Assembly: GCA_963664325.2 (NCBI GenBank)
Contig: CAXXDQ010000004.1
Span: forward strand, 608,001-672,000
Direction: 5' to 3'
DNA: 64,000 bases
Origin: Desulfomonilia bacterium
Lineage (GTDB): Bacteria > Desulfobacterota > Desulfomonilia > UBA1062
Positions 17,828 through 27,176 of the stretch are shown in pieces; positions within the stretch are counted from its first letter, which is position 1; each line of letters starts with the position of its first letter. Below the pieces are notes generated by a model. It was not told the DNA's origin. It searched no databases and saw only the letters and a program-made list of their open reading frames with translations. The position numbers were made by a program, and so were the translations under genes.

Positions 17828-19651
17828 TCAGTAGCCCCTTTGGGACTCCCTATGGGTCTGAGAAAGGAACTGCTCCAGGTTGATGCGGGCCCAGTAGTCC
17901 CGTTCTCCCTTTGACCAGTCACTGTAGTATCCGAACAGGGCCTCGATCGTACGGGCCTTGTTGTCGATAATGGCGTGGTGGCCTTCTATCGGGCCGTGAA
18001 TTTTATAATGGTATCTGTTGTTCCCCTGGCTGTCCTTGCGGTTGGGATTGAGAAAATCAATGAGCTCTCTTGCTTTCTCAAAATCAATCCTGCCGTAATC
18101 CTGTTCAATCAGCCCGTTCAGCAGTGTGTATCGCATGGTTGAGGCCGGAAGGACTGCTGAGGCATAATAGTTAATCCATGGTGAAAATGTCGTGAGCGCC
18201 ATCCTCGGGATGACGTAATGATTGGTTGCCAGGACGACATCCGGCCGGGTTTCAGCCTGGTCGGGGAAATATATTCCGTAATAGTGTTTGCCGTCCTCCG
18301 ACTGGACATAGAAATTCCTGTTCTTGAACGCATCAGGGAATATCCAGTCCTGGGAGCGTATCATGACACCCCTGTCAGGCATATCATCATCAAGAAACAT
18401 AATCAGAGGCCAAAGGAGGAGCTGCTCCCATACCGGCAGGATATCGGGCCCGGAAAAGTCCGGCGGACTCATTCCCTCTTCAACCACGACACCGTTTGTA
18501 TATGTCCCGCTGCTCTCATCGTCTGCTATCACGTAAAGCCATGAAACACCCCTGTCCTGAGATTTCATTCTGGTTAACGCATCCCCGATGGTCCCGCAGT
18601 GCTGGACAATATCCCTGAGCACGAGGAGGCTGCCCAGGCCGGGCGTCGCCCTTGTGCAGCCTGCCTGCACGACATCCACTCCCATTGACAGCCCTTGGTT
18701 GTTGAGAGCAGTCGGATGGCCGACAAACCCGGCGGCTGTTGCAGTCACGAACGGCAGGCCTTCTTCAGGCAGATATATTGCCATCACGGAGGCGTCAGGA
18801 TACATATACCGGTTGTTTTCTTCATCATACAGGCCCGGGAAAAACATGAAATCCCTGCCGTGAAAGACTTTTCCATCTGTCGTTGCATTACCTGATACGA
18901 CAAATTCATTGCATCCCATGAAGTCCGGTCTGGCGCCCGGGAAAAAGGCCCTGCCGTCCGAGATGCTGACGGAGCTCTCGATCTTTGAGACGATATCCGG
19001 GCGCCCCTGAGCCTTTAACCGCTGAATATTGGAATAGAGCTGCTCCTTCAGAAGTGTAAGACCAGGTAATGTTCCCGTAAACAGAATCGAATAGGTAGCG
19101 TCAAATCCTTCGTTCAGGAGGAGTACGTCATCAAATGATACGCTGAAGCCTGCCGCCGTGGCGCCGTCTGCCACGCCCTGCATTTCTTCGATCAGATACC
19201 CGGGAATTGAGCCTTTTTTGAGTTCATCACGGCAAAGCAGCAGCGTCTGTTCCTGCAGGAAATTGAACAGCCACGGGGCATCTTCATACTGGATTTTTAA
19301 AAGGGCTTCTGCGACAACCTTTTTGTAATCTTTGGACATGCGGGCTGTTCCTTCAGGCATGAGGTATCCCATCTGATAGCCCATGCAGTATGAGGGACCC
19401 ATAAGTACGAGAAGGGGCTTTGCATCAGAGTTAACAGCCATATATCCTGTATACGTTCTGCCGCTTGCCTTGTCCGTGCACGAAGCTTCTTTTTCAACCG
19501 TAAACCCCTGCCAGGTAAGTGCTGAATGTATCGCATCAACAGAGGCTTCGATCCGGGCTTCCTGGTTAGCTTGATCTTTTTGTGAGGAGCATCCGTATAA
19601 ACAGAGCAGGAAAATAGAAATTGCAAATATGATTCCTCTTAATCCACCCAT
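17828..19651 (-). CDS. Lipoprotein, C45 peptidase / Ntn-hydrolase (acyltransferase/amidase-like)
   Basis: Lipobox LYGC; autoprocessing site G|CNEFVVSGNATTDGKVFHGRDF; ALNNQGL; ATNHY. Confidence 0.8.
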   Translation of the reverse strand: MGGLRGIIFAISIFLLCLYGCSSQKDQANQEARIEASVDAIHSALTWQGFTVEKEASCTDKASGRTYTGYMAVNSDAKPLLVLMGPSYCMGYQMGYLMPEGTARMSKDYKKVVAEALLKIQYEDAPWLFNFLQEQTLLLCRDELKKGSIPGYLIEEMQGVADGATAAGFSVSFDDVLLLNEGFDATYSILFTGTLPGLTLLKEQLYSNIQRLKAQGRPDIVSKIESSVSISDGRAFFPGARPDFMGCNEFVVSGNATTDGKVFHGRDFMFFPGLYDEENNRYMYPDASVMAIYLPEEGLPFVTATAAGFVGHPTALNNQGLSMGVDVVQAGCTRATPGLGSLLVLRDIVQHCGTIGDALTRMKSQDRGVSWLYVIADDESSGTYTNGVVVEEGMSPPDFSGPDILPVWEQLLLWPLIMFLDDDMPDRGVMIRSQDWIFPDAFKNRNFYVQSEDGKHYYGIYFPDQAETRPDVVLATNHYVIPRMALTTFSPWINYYASAVLPASTMRYTLLNGLIEQDYGRIDFEKARELIDFLNPNRKDSQGNNRYHYKIHGPIEGHHAIIDNKARTIEALFGYYSDWSKGERDYWARINLEQFLSQTHRESQRGY

Positions 19652-19715
19652 AATCCGGCCTCCTTTTACAACTTGTGCTCACAATAAAAAGCATGCTCAT
19701 TCAGCTCTGCATTCA

Positions 19716-19731
19716 AGCAATCCCTTTGCCG
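19716..19731 (-). promoter_or_regulatory. Putative sigma54 (-24/-12) promoter of the C45 lipoprotein gene
   Basis: Minus strand CGGCAAAGGGATTGCT = GG-N10-GC, about 65 nt before the ATG, with an AT-rich upstream region. Confidence 0.55.
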
Positions 19732-20010
19732 GGATCATCCTGAATGCAAAACGGAATCAGTAATGAGATTGCATTCCATGACACTGCAAAAATAAAAAAC
19801 AGGACATAGCAATAATACCAAATATCTAAACTACAGACCCCCTTTATATCAATCTGCCGGATATAAAAACCGGCTTAAATATTTTTTGGTGCCAGGCCAT
19901 CACTACTGAAATTGTCAGGATCAATGGCCCGGCAGCTAATATTTTTTATAGAAATAAAATATCAAAATAGAGATCTGAACTCATGTCTCCCGATTCCCTA
20001 ATTCCTGACT

Positions 20011-21720
20011 TTACCAGCCCAATGGATGCCCATATTGCTTGATATAGGTAGCCCACCATGCTGAAGCAATATCTTGCATCACCATAGCGCCGTTATCGCT
20101 ATTAGTTAGGACAACAAGACCGAATCCATTGTACGGTATATTATTATTTACACCATATACACCAGCCTTATGGAACAGAATCAGTGACTCGAAACCGTCA
20201 TTTTTACCAGAATGTCCCCAGAAATTATCCAGACCGTACATTTGATAACTAAAAAAAATTTTTAGGTAATCAACTCTAGCTTGAGCTAACAGTGAAATTT
20301 GAGCCCCTGTTTGATCCATTAATATATTATTACCTTGATCGTCTGTTCCATACCTTCCCACAAAACCCACCTTTGTTACACCATTTATTACTTTTGTTAG
20401 GATACAATAGTTTCCATTGAAATGAACTACTTTTCGTTCGGGATTTATAATTTTATCCACCCATCCATCAGGATCAACAATTAATTTCTTTACGAAATAT
20501 GCGAGATCAGGTGCGGTTGTATATAATCCAGCCGCTGTCTTAACGGAGTAAAAAGTGTCTGGATAGGGTGTCCCGTCCGTTTGATATCCGGTAGCAACAT
20601 TAATCTGATTCTGATAAGTGATGTCACCGTATAAATATGTACTGTGAGACATCAACAAATTATAAAGCACATAATCCGTCATAAATGTACTGAATAGCTT
20701 GTATTCTGGTACAGTAGTTGAATCTGTATATATATATTTCCTTAAAAGATTTTCCATAACCTTCTGCATTACTGCATACCCGGCTCCTGAGTAGTGTGCT
20801 AATTTATTATCGCTACTTGGTTGCTCAAAAAGCTGGGCTGAGTAATTTTTGTTGTTGGTAGCCCCATATAGACTTCCACGGAGTTCTTCAGTAAGAGCGG
20901 GAAGATAATATCCCGTATCCTTAATTTTTTCACGTTGTCCGGTTGGCACTAGCCAAGTTGTATTGACCGTATCTTCTCCGGTCCATCCTTTATAACCATC
21001 TATGGTATCAGGAATTAGAAACTGCCGTATCCCCGATTTGTGCAAAAGTATTTTTTCTAGAGTAACACCATTTAAGTAATCTGCAAGCCACGTTCCATAT
21101 ATAGGAATCGTGTATAATGTAGGATTACTTTTATCTCCTGGGGATGGTGTTGTATAACTGTATGGATAACTACCATATGTATTCAGAAAACCTTCGCCTT
21201 TATGTAATCCGGAAGAATCCACGGGGTCAACGCTTTTAGTCATATACTGATCGAATACTTCTTGATTACCTGCAGACAATATATTGACTAATGTTAGTAG
21301 GCCCCATGCAGAAACCGGTTTTGAAATTGAACCGGCTTGGAATATTGTGTTTTCAGTAACATCATAATTGCTACTTATATTACTTTTTCCTCCATATATT
21401 CCAGGTATACCATCATTATCATCATCATCAAAAATGATATGTCCAGATCCATCATCTTTTAAAAATATAACGGCTAAACCTGCAGTTTCATAATCACTAA
21501 GGAGGTTCGATTTTTTTTCTCTTACAACGGTTCTTAACGCATTGAAGTCATTTGGTACTGTGCCTATATTAGTAGAAGTAACTACTTTTAAGCATATGCC
21601 GTTTGAGTCAATCCACATAGCCTGCGCGAAAACGCTTGAACCTGATAATAGAATGCCGATGGTGATAATTGATATTAACACTGGATGCCTAAACAAACGT
21701 GATCCTATAATCTTTTCCAT
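20011..21720 (-). CDS. Exported serine hydrolase, beta-lactamase/AmpC-like family, AT-rich
   Basis: FQAGSISK (SxxK), LLHKSG, YSGAGY, AAGLYTTAPDLA, GHSG; signal peptide ending VFA; SD AGGAGG before 21720. Confidence 0.82.
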   Translation of the reverse strand: MEKIIGSRLFRHPVLISIITIGILLSGSSVFAQAMWIDSNGICLKVVTSTNIGTVPNDFNALRTVVREKKSNLLSDYETAGLAVIFLKDDGSGHIIFDDDDNDGIPGIYGGKSNISSNYDVTENTIFQAGSISKPVSAWGLLTLVNILSAGNQEVFDQYMTKSVDPVDSSGLHKGEGFLNTYGSYPYSYTTPSPGDKSNPTLYTIPIYGTWLADYLNGVTLEKILLHKSGIRQFLIPDTIDGYKGWTGEDTVNTTWLVPTGQREKIKDTGYYLPALTEELRGSLYGATNNKNYSAQLFEQPSSDNKLAHYSGAGYAVMQKVMENLLRKYIYTDSTTVPEYKLFSTFMTDYVLYNLLMSHSTYLYGDITYQNQINVATGYQTDGTPYPDTFYSVKTAAGLYTTAPDLAYFVKKLIVDPDGWVDKIINPERKVVHFNGNYCILTKVINGVTKVGFVGRYGTDDQGNNILMDQTGAQISLLAQARVDYLKIFFSYQMYGLDNFWGHSGKNDGFESLILFHKAGVYGVNNNIPYNGFGLVVLTNSDNGAMVMQDIASAWWATYIKQYGHPLGW

Positions 21721-21788
21721 AGTCAAACCTCCTTGATCAAATTTATTTTTGTGCAAGGCGCACAACAAAACCGGCAGCAATTATTACA

Positions 21789-22094
21789 TCAAGCCCCTGT
21801 AAAGCCGCTTTCGCGAAATACTTTCTTCATCAGTTCCGGCGTCAGGGGTGATCCCCTGTCAGACAACAGGTTTGTCTCCGCAGTTTCATAATTACCTGCG
21901 TGATTCTGAGAAAACATCATTTCATGTCTTTTGACTTCGCCTTTTGTATACTGCTCGATAGAGCGGGCTATATCAGGGGTGGCCTTCTTTTTTCCGGTTA
22001 TGATCTCCGAGAGGTAACTGGGAGACAGCTTGAGGTCTTTGGCGACTTTCTTCTGCCGCAATCCCGCAATCCCGATCCACGTCTTTAAATTCAT
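21789..22094 (-). CDS. Cro/Xre-like helix-turn-helix protein
   Basis: LRQKKVAKDLKLSPSYLSEIITGKKK...IEQYTKGEV, a YdaS/Cro-like pattern; TTGACA-N17-TATATG upstream on the minus strand. Confidence 0.8.
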   Translation of the reverse strand: MNLKTWIGIAGLRQKKVAKDLKLSPSYLSEIITGKKKATPDIARSIEQYTKGEVKRHEMMFSQNHAGNYETAETNLLSDRGSPLTPELMKKVFRESGFTGA

Positions 22095-22343
22095 ATCAAA
22101 TCCCCCCAGGTAATATTTGTCATATATTTTATTGGTGAGCGATTGTCAATAATTAATTCGCATATTAAATATATAAATCGCTAAAGATGGTTTTGGTAAC
22201 CGGATAATCACTGATATGAACTGTCTGTGATTTATATGCCGAATAAAACAATGTCATAATATTCATATTATCTGATCCATATAGCGAATACCAAAATATA
22301 ATTCGCTTGCCTTTTGGGGGGAATTCTTATAAGGGTATCTTTG

Positions 22344-23624
22344 ATGTCAAGCATATACGATTTCTACATTGACCTTAACGCAAGGATTAATTCCCAGCTG
22401 GAACAGATCGGTGAAAAACTGAAACTTGACCGCATCTGCGTATTCCGTCTGGTGAATAAAAATCCCGATCTGCTGCACGCATGGCCCAGTGAAGAGCGAT
22501 GCGCCATGAAAGACGAATGGGCAAAACTCCACCTTGATACAGATATACAAACCATATTCAGGAGCCTGAAATCTTTTCATCCCTTTTTTGACCCTTTCAG
22601 CAAGCTTGATTCGAAACATCGCAAAGTGATGAATAAGCTGGGCATCAAGGCAGCCATATTCATTCCCATCCAGAATGAAGGCCGCCTCTGGGGTTTCCTG
22701 GGCTGCTTCAACGAAAAATCAGACTCTGACTGGAAAAGCTCTGAGATTTCGCTCGCACTTCATGACTCAATGGACCTCATTCATACAATACTGTTCAGTG
22801 AAACCCTGGCCGAACTCAAAGAAGGCGATGAAAACCTTCAGCTCCTGATGAGCATAATTACTGAAGGGATCGTCACCCTCAATATTGACGGCCTGATAAC
22901 AAATATCAGCGGCCATATTGCCGAACTTGGCGGATACAGAATGGATGAGCTGATAGGTAAAGACATCAGAAACTTCATACACAAGGGTGACTGGAGTAAG
23001 CTCGATAGAGACATGGCTCAAGTGAAAGGCAAGGAGAAAGCCATTGCCAAGGAAGATTACAGACTCCTTATGAAGACGGGTGATATTTACTGGTCCCGCT
23101 CGACTGTCATGTCGATATTCAAACATGGGCAGCATAACGGATACCTCTGTGTCCTTTTCAATATTCACAGGTACAAATGCATGGAAGAAGAACTTCACTG
23201 CCTCAGGTCTGCCATGCGGGATTCATGTGACCTGGTATGGATAACCGATCTCGGGCTCAAGTTTACCTATATAAGCCCATCGGTGAAAAATATTCTGGGA
23301 TATCAGGTAAATGAAGCCATGCGAATGTATATGGGCCTGACGGTTGCCAGGACTACTCTTGAAAAGCTTGGCGAGGCATTTGTAAAAGGGCTTAAGGCGG
23401 TCATGAAGGGGGACCTTAACTGGAGGACATCTTTATCTGTTGAACAATTCACGAAAACCGGGAAAAAACTGTCAGGAAAAATGCTGCTTAAAATTCATCT
23501 CAATGCAGACGGCAGGCCTGAAGGTTTCATGGGAATTACGAATTTCAAACTGAGACAGCCTTTTGCCGGCAACCCGGTCGGCAATGACGCCTCTGACGAT
23601 AACGGCGTTGAAAGCGCCTCTTAA
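22344..23624 (+). CDS. GAF-PAS-PAS sensor protein with no recognisable output domain
   Basis: GAF (IFIPIQNEGRLWGFLG) and two PAS domains (GYRMDELIGK..FIHKGD; FTYISPSVKNILGY); ends without kinase, GGDEF or HTH. Confidence 0.75.
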   Translation: MSSIYDFYIDLNARINSQLEQIGEKLKLDRICVFRLVNKNPDLLHAWPSEERCAMKDEWAKLHLDTDIQTIFRSLKSFHPFFDPFSKLDSKHRKVMNKLGIKAAIFIPIQNEGRLWGFLGCFNEKSDSDWKSSEISLALHDSMDLIHTILFSETLAELKEGDENLQLLMSIITEGIVTLNIDGLITNISGHIAELGGYRMDELIGKDIRNFIHKGDWSKLDRDMAQVKGKEKAIAKEDYRLLMKTGDIYWSRSTVMSIFKHGQHNGYLCVLFNIHRYKCMEEELHCLRSAMRDSCDLVWITDLGLKFTYISPSVKNILGYQVNEAMRMYMGLTVARTTLEKLGEAFVKGLKAVMKGDLNWRTSLSVEQFTKTGKKLSGKMLLKIHLNADGRPEGFMGITNFKLRQPFAGNPVGNDASDDNGVESAS

Positions 23625-23816
23625 AAGCGCCATCAATATTTCAGGAAGGAATTCAATAACACTGCTATCGGTTTAACCATCGACAACACCTGGTGGCTGA
23701 TCAGATCAAATCCCGGTTCTCCTGCCGCTCAGGAAATATTTTATAGCAATTAGGTTTCAATAATTCAGGAAAGCATATAAAATATTTGTTGATTACATGA
23801 ATTAAGGGGGAAGGTT

Positions 23817-25181
23817 ATGAACGATATCCAGCCGGTCATTAAACTCCCGGTAAAAACCAAACTGTCCTATTCAATGGGAGACCTGGGCGCCAACATAGTC
23901 TGCCAGTCCGTAGCCCTTTACTATCTGTACTTTCTGACAGACATCACTTTCCTGAAAGCCTCGCTCGCCGGGATATCGCTGATGCTGGTGCGCTGCGTGG
24001 ACGCATTTTCGGACCCGCTGATCGGATATTTCTCCGACCGCACCAGGACCAGGTGGGGCCGGCGCCGTCCTTACCTGCTGTTCGGCTCGTTCGGCTGCGG
24101 TATTTTCTTTTTCCTTCTCTTCACCTATCTGCCCATTCACAACCAGGGGCTGCTTTTCGTCCATGCGACATTAAGTTATCTGATATTCTATGTCTGCTTC
24201 TCTCTGGTGAACATCCCATATTCCGCGCTGACGCCCGACCTGACGCAGGACTATGACGAGCGCACCAATCTTACAGCTTACAGGATGGCCGGGGCCATCA
24301 TCGGGATGTTCATCGCCGCCGGATTGACGAGCGAGCTGATCAAGCTTTTCCCGACCGAGAGGATTGGATACAGCCTGACCGCCGCCGGATACGGCGCGCT
24401 CTTTATCATCCTGACGCTCATAGTCTTCTGGGGCGTAAGGGAGAAAAAAAATTATGCAGTCCAGCATGACGACACCCCGATGTTCAGACTGTATCTCAAT
24501 TCGTTCAAGAACAGGCCTTTCCTGATGGTCCTGATGGCGTACATCATGGTGGAGCTTGCGATAGTCCTGATAAGCTCCACCCTCATCTATTATATGGAAT
24601 ACTACATGAAGAAGAAGGAGCTTCTCAGCACCATTTTTCTGACCATGTTCGGCACAGCCCTTCTTTGCATACCGTTCTGGGCGCTCATCAGCAGACATCT
24701 GGGCAAGAAGTGGTCATACTTCATGGGCATCGGGCTTTTCTCGATCGCCATGATCTGCATATTTTTCATCAGGCCGGGAAACCTCATTATACTTTATCTG
24801 CTGGCTGCACTGGCTGGCATGGGCCTCTCCACCGAATTCGTCAATCCGTGGGCGATGATGCCGGACACCATCGAGTACAACGAGTTCATGACCGGAAAGC
24901 GCAATGAGGGCGTATTCTACGGGATGCAGAGTTTCGGCCCCAAACTTAGCGGCGCGCTTGCAGGACTTATGGCGGGAGAGGTCCTCACCTTTGTTCATTA
25001 TGTGCCTAAACTTGTGAACCAGTCATCGGAAACGCTCCTCGGAATACGCCTTATCTTCTGCATAGTGCCTGTACTTTTCACGGGTCTCGGGATGATATTC
25101 ATAGCGCTTTACCCGATAAGCCACAGGAAATATCAGGAGATAGTGGCCGAACTCGAGCGGCGCAGAGCCGCACAGCCCTGA
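23817..25181 (+). CDS. GPH-family (MelB/MFS_2) transporter
   Basis: DAFSDPLIGYFSDRTRTRWGRRRPY, NIPYSAL, PDTIEY..GKRNEG. Confidence 0.93.
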   Translation: MNDIQPVIKLPVKTKLSYSMGDLGANIVCQSVALYYLYFLTDITFLKASLAGISLMLVRCVDAFSDPLIGYFSDRTRTRWGRRRPYLLFGSFGCGIFFFLLFTYLPIHNQGLLFVHATLSYLIFYVCFSLVNIPYSALTPDLTQDYDERTNLTAYRMAGAIIGMFIAAGLTSELIKLFPTERIGYSLTAAGYGALFIILTLIVFWGVREKKNYAVQHDDTPMFRLYLNSFKNRPFLMVLMAYIMVELAIVLISSTLIYYMEYYMKKKELLSTIFLTMFGTALLCIPFWALISRHLGKKWSYFMGIGLFSIAMICIFFIRPGNLIILYLLAALAGMGLSTEFVNPWAMMPDTIEYNEFMTGKRNEGVFYGMQSFGPKLSGALAGLMAGEVLTFVHYVPKLVNQSSETLLGIRLIFCIVPVLFTGLGMIFIALYPISHRKYQEIVAELERRRAAQP

Positions 25182-25196
25182 TATGGAAGCCCTGTC

Positions 25197-25462
25197 ATGA
25201 CCGGACCTTTAAAATTCGGAATCATCGGCTGAAGTCAGGCCTCGCGCGTCGGCCACGGCCCGGCGATCATGGCGGACAGCCTCGCAGTGCTTGCAGCCGC
25301 GGCGGACCCGGATGACGATAACCGTTCGAAGTTTGCCCGCGGATCAAGCTTTCCCGTTTTTTTAATGACTACAACGAAATGCCGGGTCATGTCCCGCTCG
25401 ATGCAGTGGTGATAAACACCCCGCCGTGACTGCATGATAGGCATCATCCGGCATTGTTATAG
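25197..25462 (+). pseudogene. Decayed Gfo/Idh/MocA oxidoreductase N-terminus
   Basis: MTGPLKFGIIG*SQASRVGH..AAADPD, then a frameshift into FNDYNEMPGHVPLDAVVINTPP*LHD; two stops, a frameshift and truncation. Confidence 0.75.
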
Positions 25463-25477
25463 CTGTGATATTCCACG

Positions 25478-25498
25478 GGGCTTTTTAAAAAAAAGCCC
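25478..25498. terminator. Short hairpin, possible intrinsic terminator
   Basis: GGGCTTTTT/AAAAAGCCC inverted repeat. Confidence 0.35.
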
Positions 25499-25620
25499 GG
25501 TCCTGTCAAAAAGGCCGGTTTCGATACCGGGTGCTCGATTCCCGGACACAAATTCGAGGACCAGGCGGTTGTCTTGTTCATATTGAAAAATCAGGTATCC
25601 CAATCGGTATGAACTCTCAC

Positions 25621-25648
25621 TAAAGATTTCCCCTGAAAATGCCGAAAT
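25621..25648 (+). promoter_or_regulatory. Putative sigma28-type promoter
   Basis: TAAA-N16-GCCGAAAT, about 60 nt before the ATG at 25710. Confidence 0.55.
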
Positions 25649-25709
25649 TGTTTTATCTTAAGGATCACGGGGTGTGATTGGAAATAACAAGATAAAAGGG
25701 AGAATTTCC

Positions 25710-27134
25710 ATGAAACAATCTTATAAATTTAAAAATTTGAGTTTAGTCTTTTTAATGAGTCTGCTGATTTTCTCTTTTTCCGGTTGCAGCAGTAATAGCG
25801 ATAACGATGCGGCATTGCCGAGCAGGACAGGTCTTTTCATCAGTGATATCCATTTCAACCCCTTGATGGATGCGGCAATAGCGAATCAGCTTGCATCGGC
25901 TCCAGCCTGGCAGTGGGACTCTATATTTGCGATATCGGTAATGACCGTATGCGCCACTTACATGCAGGACACCAACTTCGTGCTCCTTAACGCCGCGATT
26001 GCGGCAATGAAGGCGCAGACGCCGAACCCCGACATCATAATAATCAGCGGCGATATGCTGGTTCATTATTTCAAGGATCTGTACGACGCCAGAGTGACAA
26101 ACCCGACTGAGGCCGGATATCTGGCGCTTGTCAATCAGACGGAGCAGTACATCGCGATTAAGCTGACCGAGGCATTCCCGAACGCGCAGATCCTCCCGGT
26201 CCTTGGCGACTGGGATTCCGACATGGGCGTCGTAAGCACGCCTGCTTCAACGGCTTTCCTGCAGTCATTCGCGACGGCCTGGTACTCGGCCGTCAATAAA
26301 AACGGGAGCTCGCCGGACTTCATCAGCTCGTTTTCCGCCGGGGGCTACTACCAGGCCAGAATCCCGATCAGTCGGAATATCAGGCTCCTTGGTCTCTATA
26401 CCGTGCCGTGGGCCCAGGAGTGCACGACAGGATGCTCCGCCATCGGAGACGCCGAGCTTGTCTGGCTGGGCGGGCAGCTTGCAGATGCTCAGCAGAAAGG
26501 AGAAAAGGTCTGGCTCCTTGGCCACATACCGCCGGGAATCGATGCAAACACGACTGCAGACAACATGTCTAAAGGCCAGACCTGCGAGGAGGCGGTCACT
26601 CCTTTCTGGTCGGAAACTTATTCAAGCCAGCTTTACCCGCTGTTCGCTCAGTATAAAGGCACGATCGGCTTCGGCGTGTTCGCGCATGAGCACTATGACG
26701 ATTTCAGAATCGTGAATGATGATTCGGGCGATTTCATCTTCGGAATAAAACTCCCGCCATCGATCACGCCGCTTCACAACAACCCGGCGTTCATAGCGTT
26801 CGATTACGATCCTGGCGAAGGTGTCATTACTGATGCGTCGACCTTCTATCTTTCAAACCTTGCGTCCGATCCGACAGTAGATTCGGCGGTCTGGGAACTC
26901 GAATATTCCTTTGACGGCACGTACGGCCAGGATGCCTTCGATTCGAACGGCTTACTGAATGCCGTGTGCAGGATTGTTGTTCAGCCCGGAGCCCAAAATA
27001 ATTATGTGGACTATTATCCCGTTCTCTATCCGGCAGGCAACATTCTTCCGGAAGGGCTCACTCCATTTATCGGATGGGCGTGCGCACTCAACAAACTGAC
27101 GGTTGCGGACTACACAAGCTGTTCCTGCCAATAG
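25710..27134 (+). CDS. Lipoprotein metallophosphoesterase, acid sphingomyelinase/SMPDL3-like
   Basis: Lipobox FSGC; SDIH, GDMLVH, LGDWD (normally GNxD), GHIPPG, AHEHYDDF, PSITP..NNPAF. Confidence 0.8.
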   Translation: MKQSYKFKNLSLVFLMSLLIFSFSGCSSNSDNDAALPSRTGLFISDIHFNPLMDAAIANQLASAPAWQWDSIFAISVMTVCATYMQDTNFVLLNAAIAAMKAQTPNPDIIIISGDMLVHYFKDLYDARVTNPTEAGYLALVNQTEQYIAIKLTEAFPNAQILPVLGDWDSDMGVVSTPASTAFLQSFATAWYSAVNKNGSSPDFISSFSAGGYYQARIPISRNIRLLGLYTVPWAQECTTGCSAIGDAELVWLGGQLADAQQKGEKVWLLGHIPPGIDANTTADNMSKGQTCEEAVTPFWSETYSSQLYPLFAQYKGTIGFGVFAHEHYDDFRIVNDDSGDFIFGIKLPPSITPLHNNPAFIAFDYDPGEGVITDASTFYLSNLASDPTVDSAVWELEYSFDGTYGQDAFDSNGLLNAVCRIVVQPGAQNNYVDYYPVLYPAGNILPEGLTPFIGWACALNKLTVADYTSCSCQ

Positions 27135-27176
27135 AAGCAGGAGAAGATATTGATGGATACCAGGAGGAGGTTAAGA

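Noticed and set aside
20011-21720. Antibiotic-resistance beta-lactamase
   Set aside because: The SxxK family includes many esterases and peptidases; the length, insertions and YSG/HSG motifs do not support a true class C enzyme.
22217-22245. Fourth sigma28-like promoter (GCCGAATA) before the GAF-PAS gene
   Set aside because: The -35 element is poor at the required spacing; the sequence is better explained as an HTH half-site.
25230-25232. In-frame TGA at a Cys-like position (GIIG*) as possible selenocysteine
   Set aside because: The same relic has a frameshift, a second stop and truncation, and no SECIS-like hairpin was evident; it is a pseudogene.
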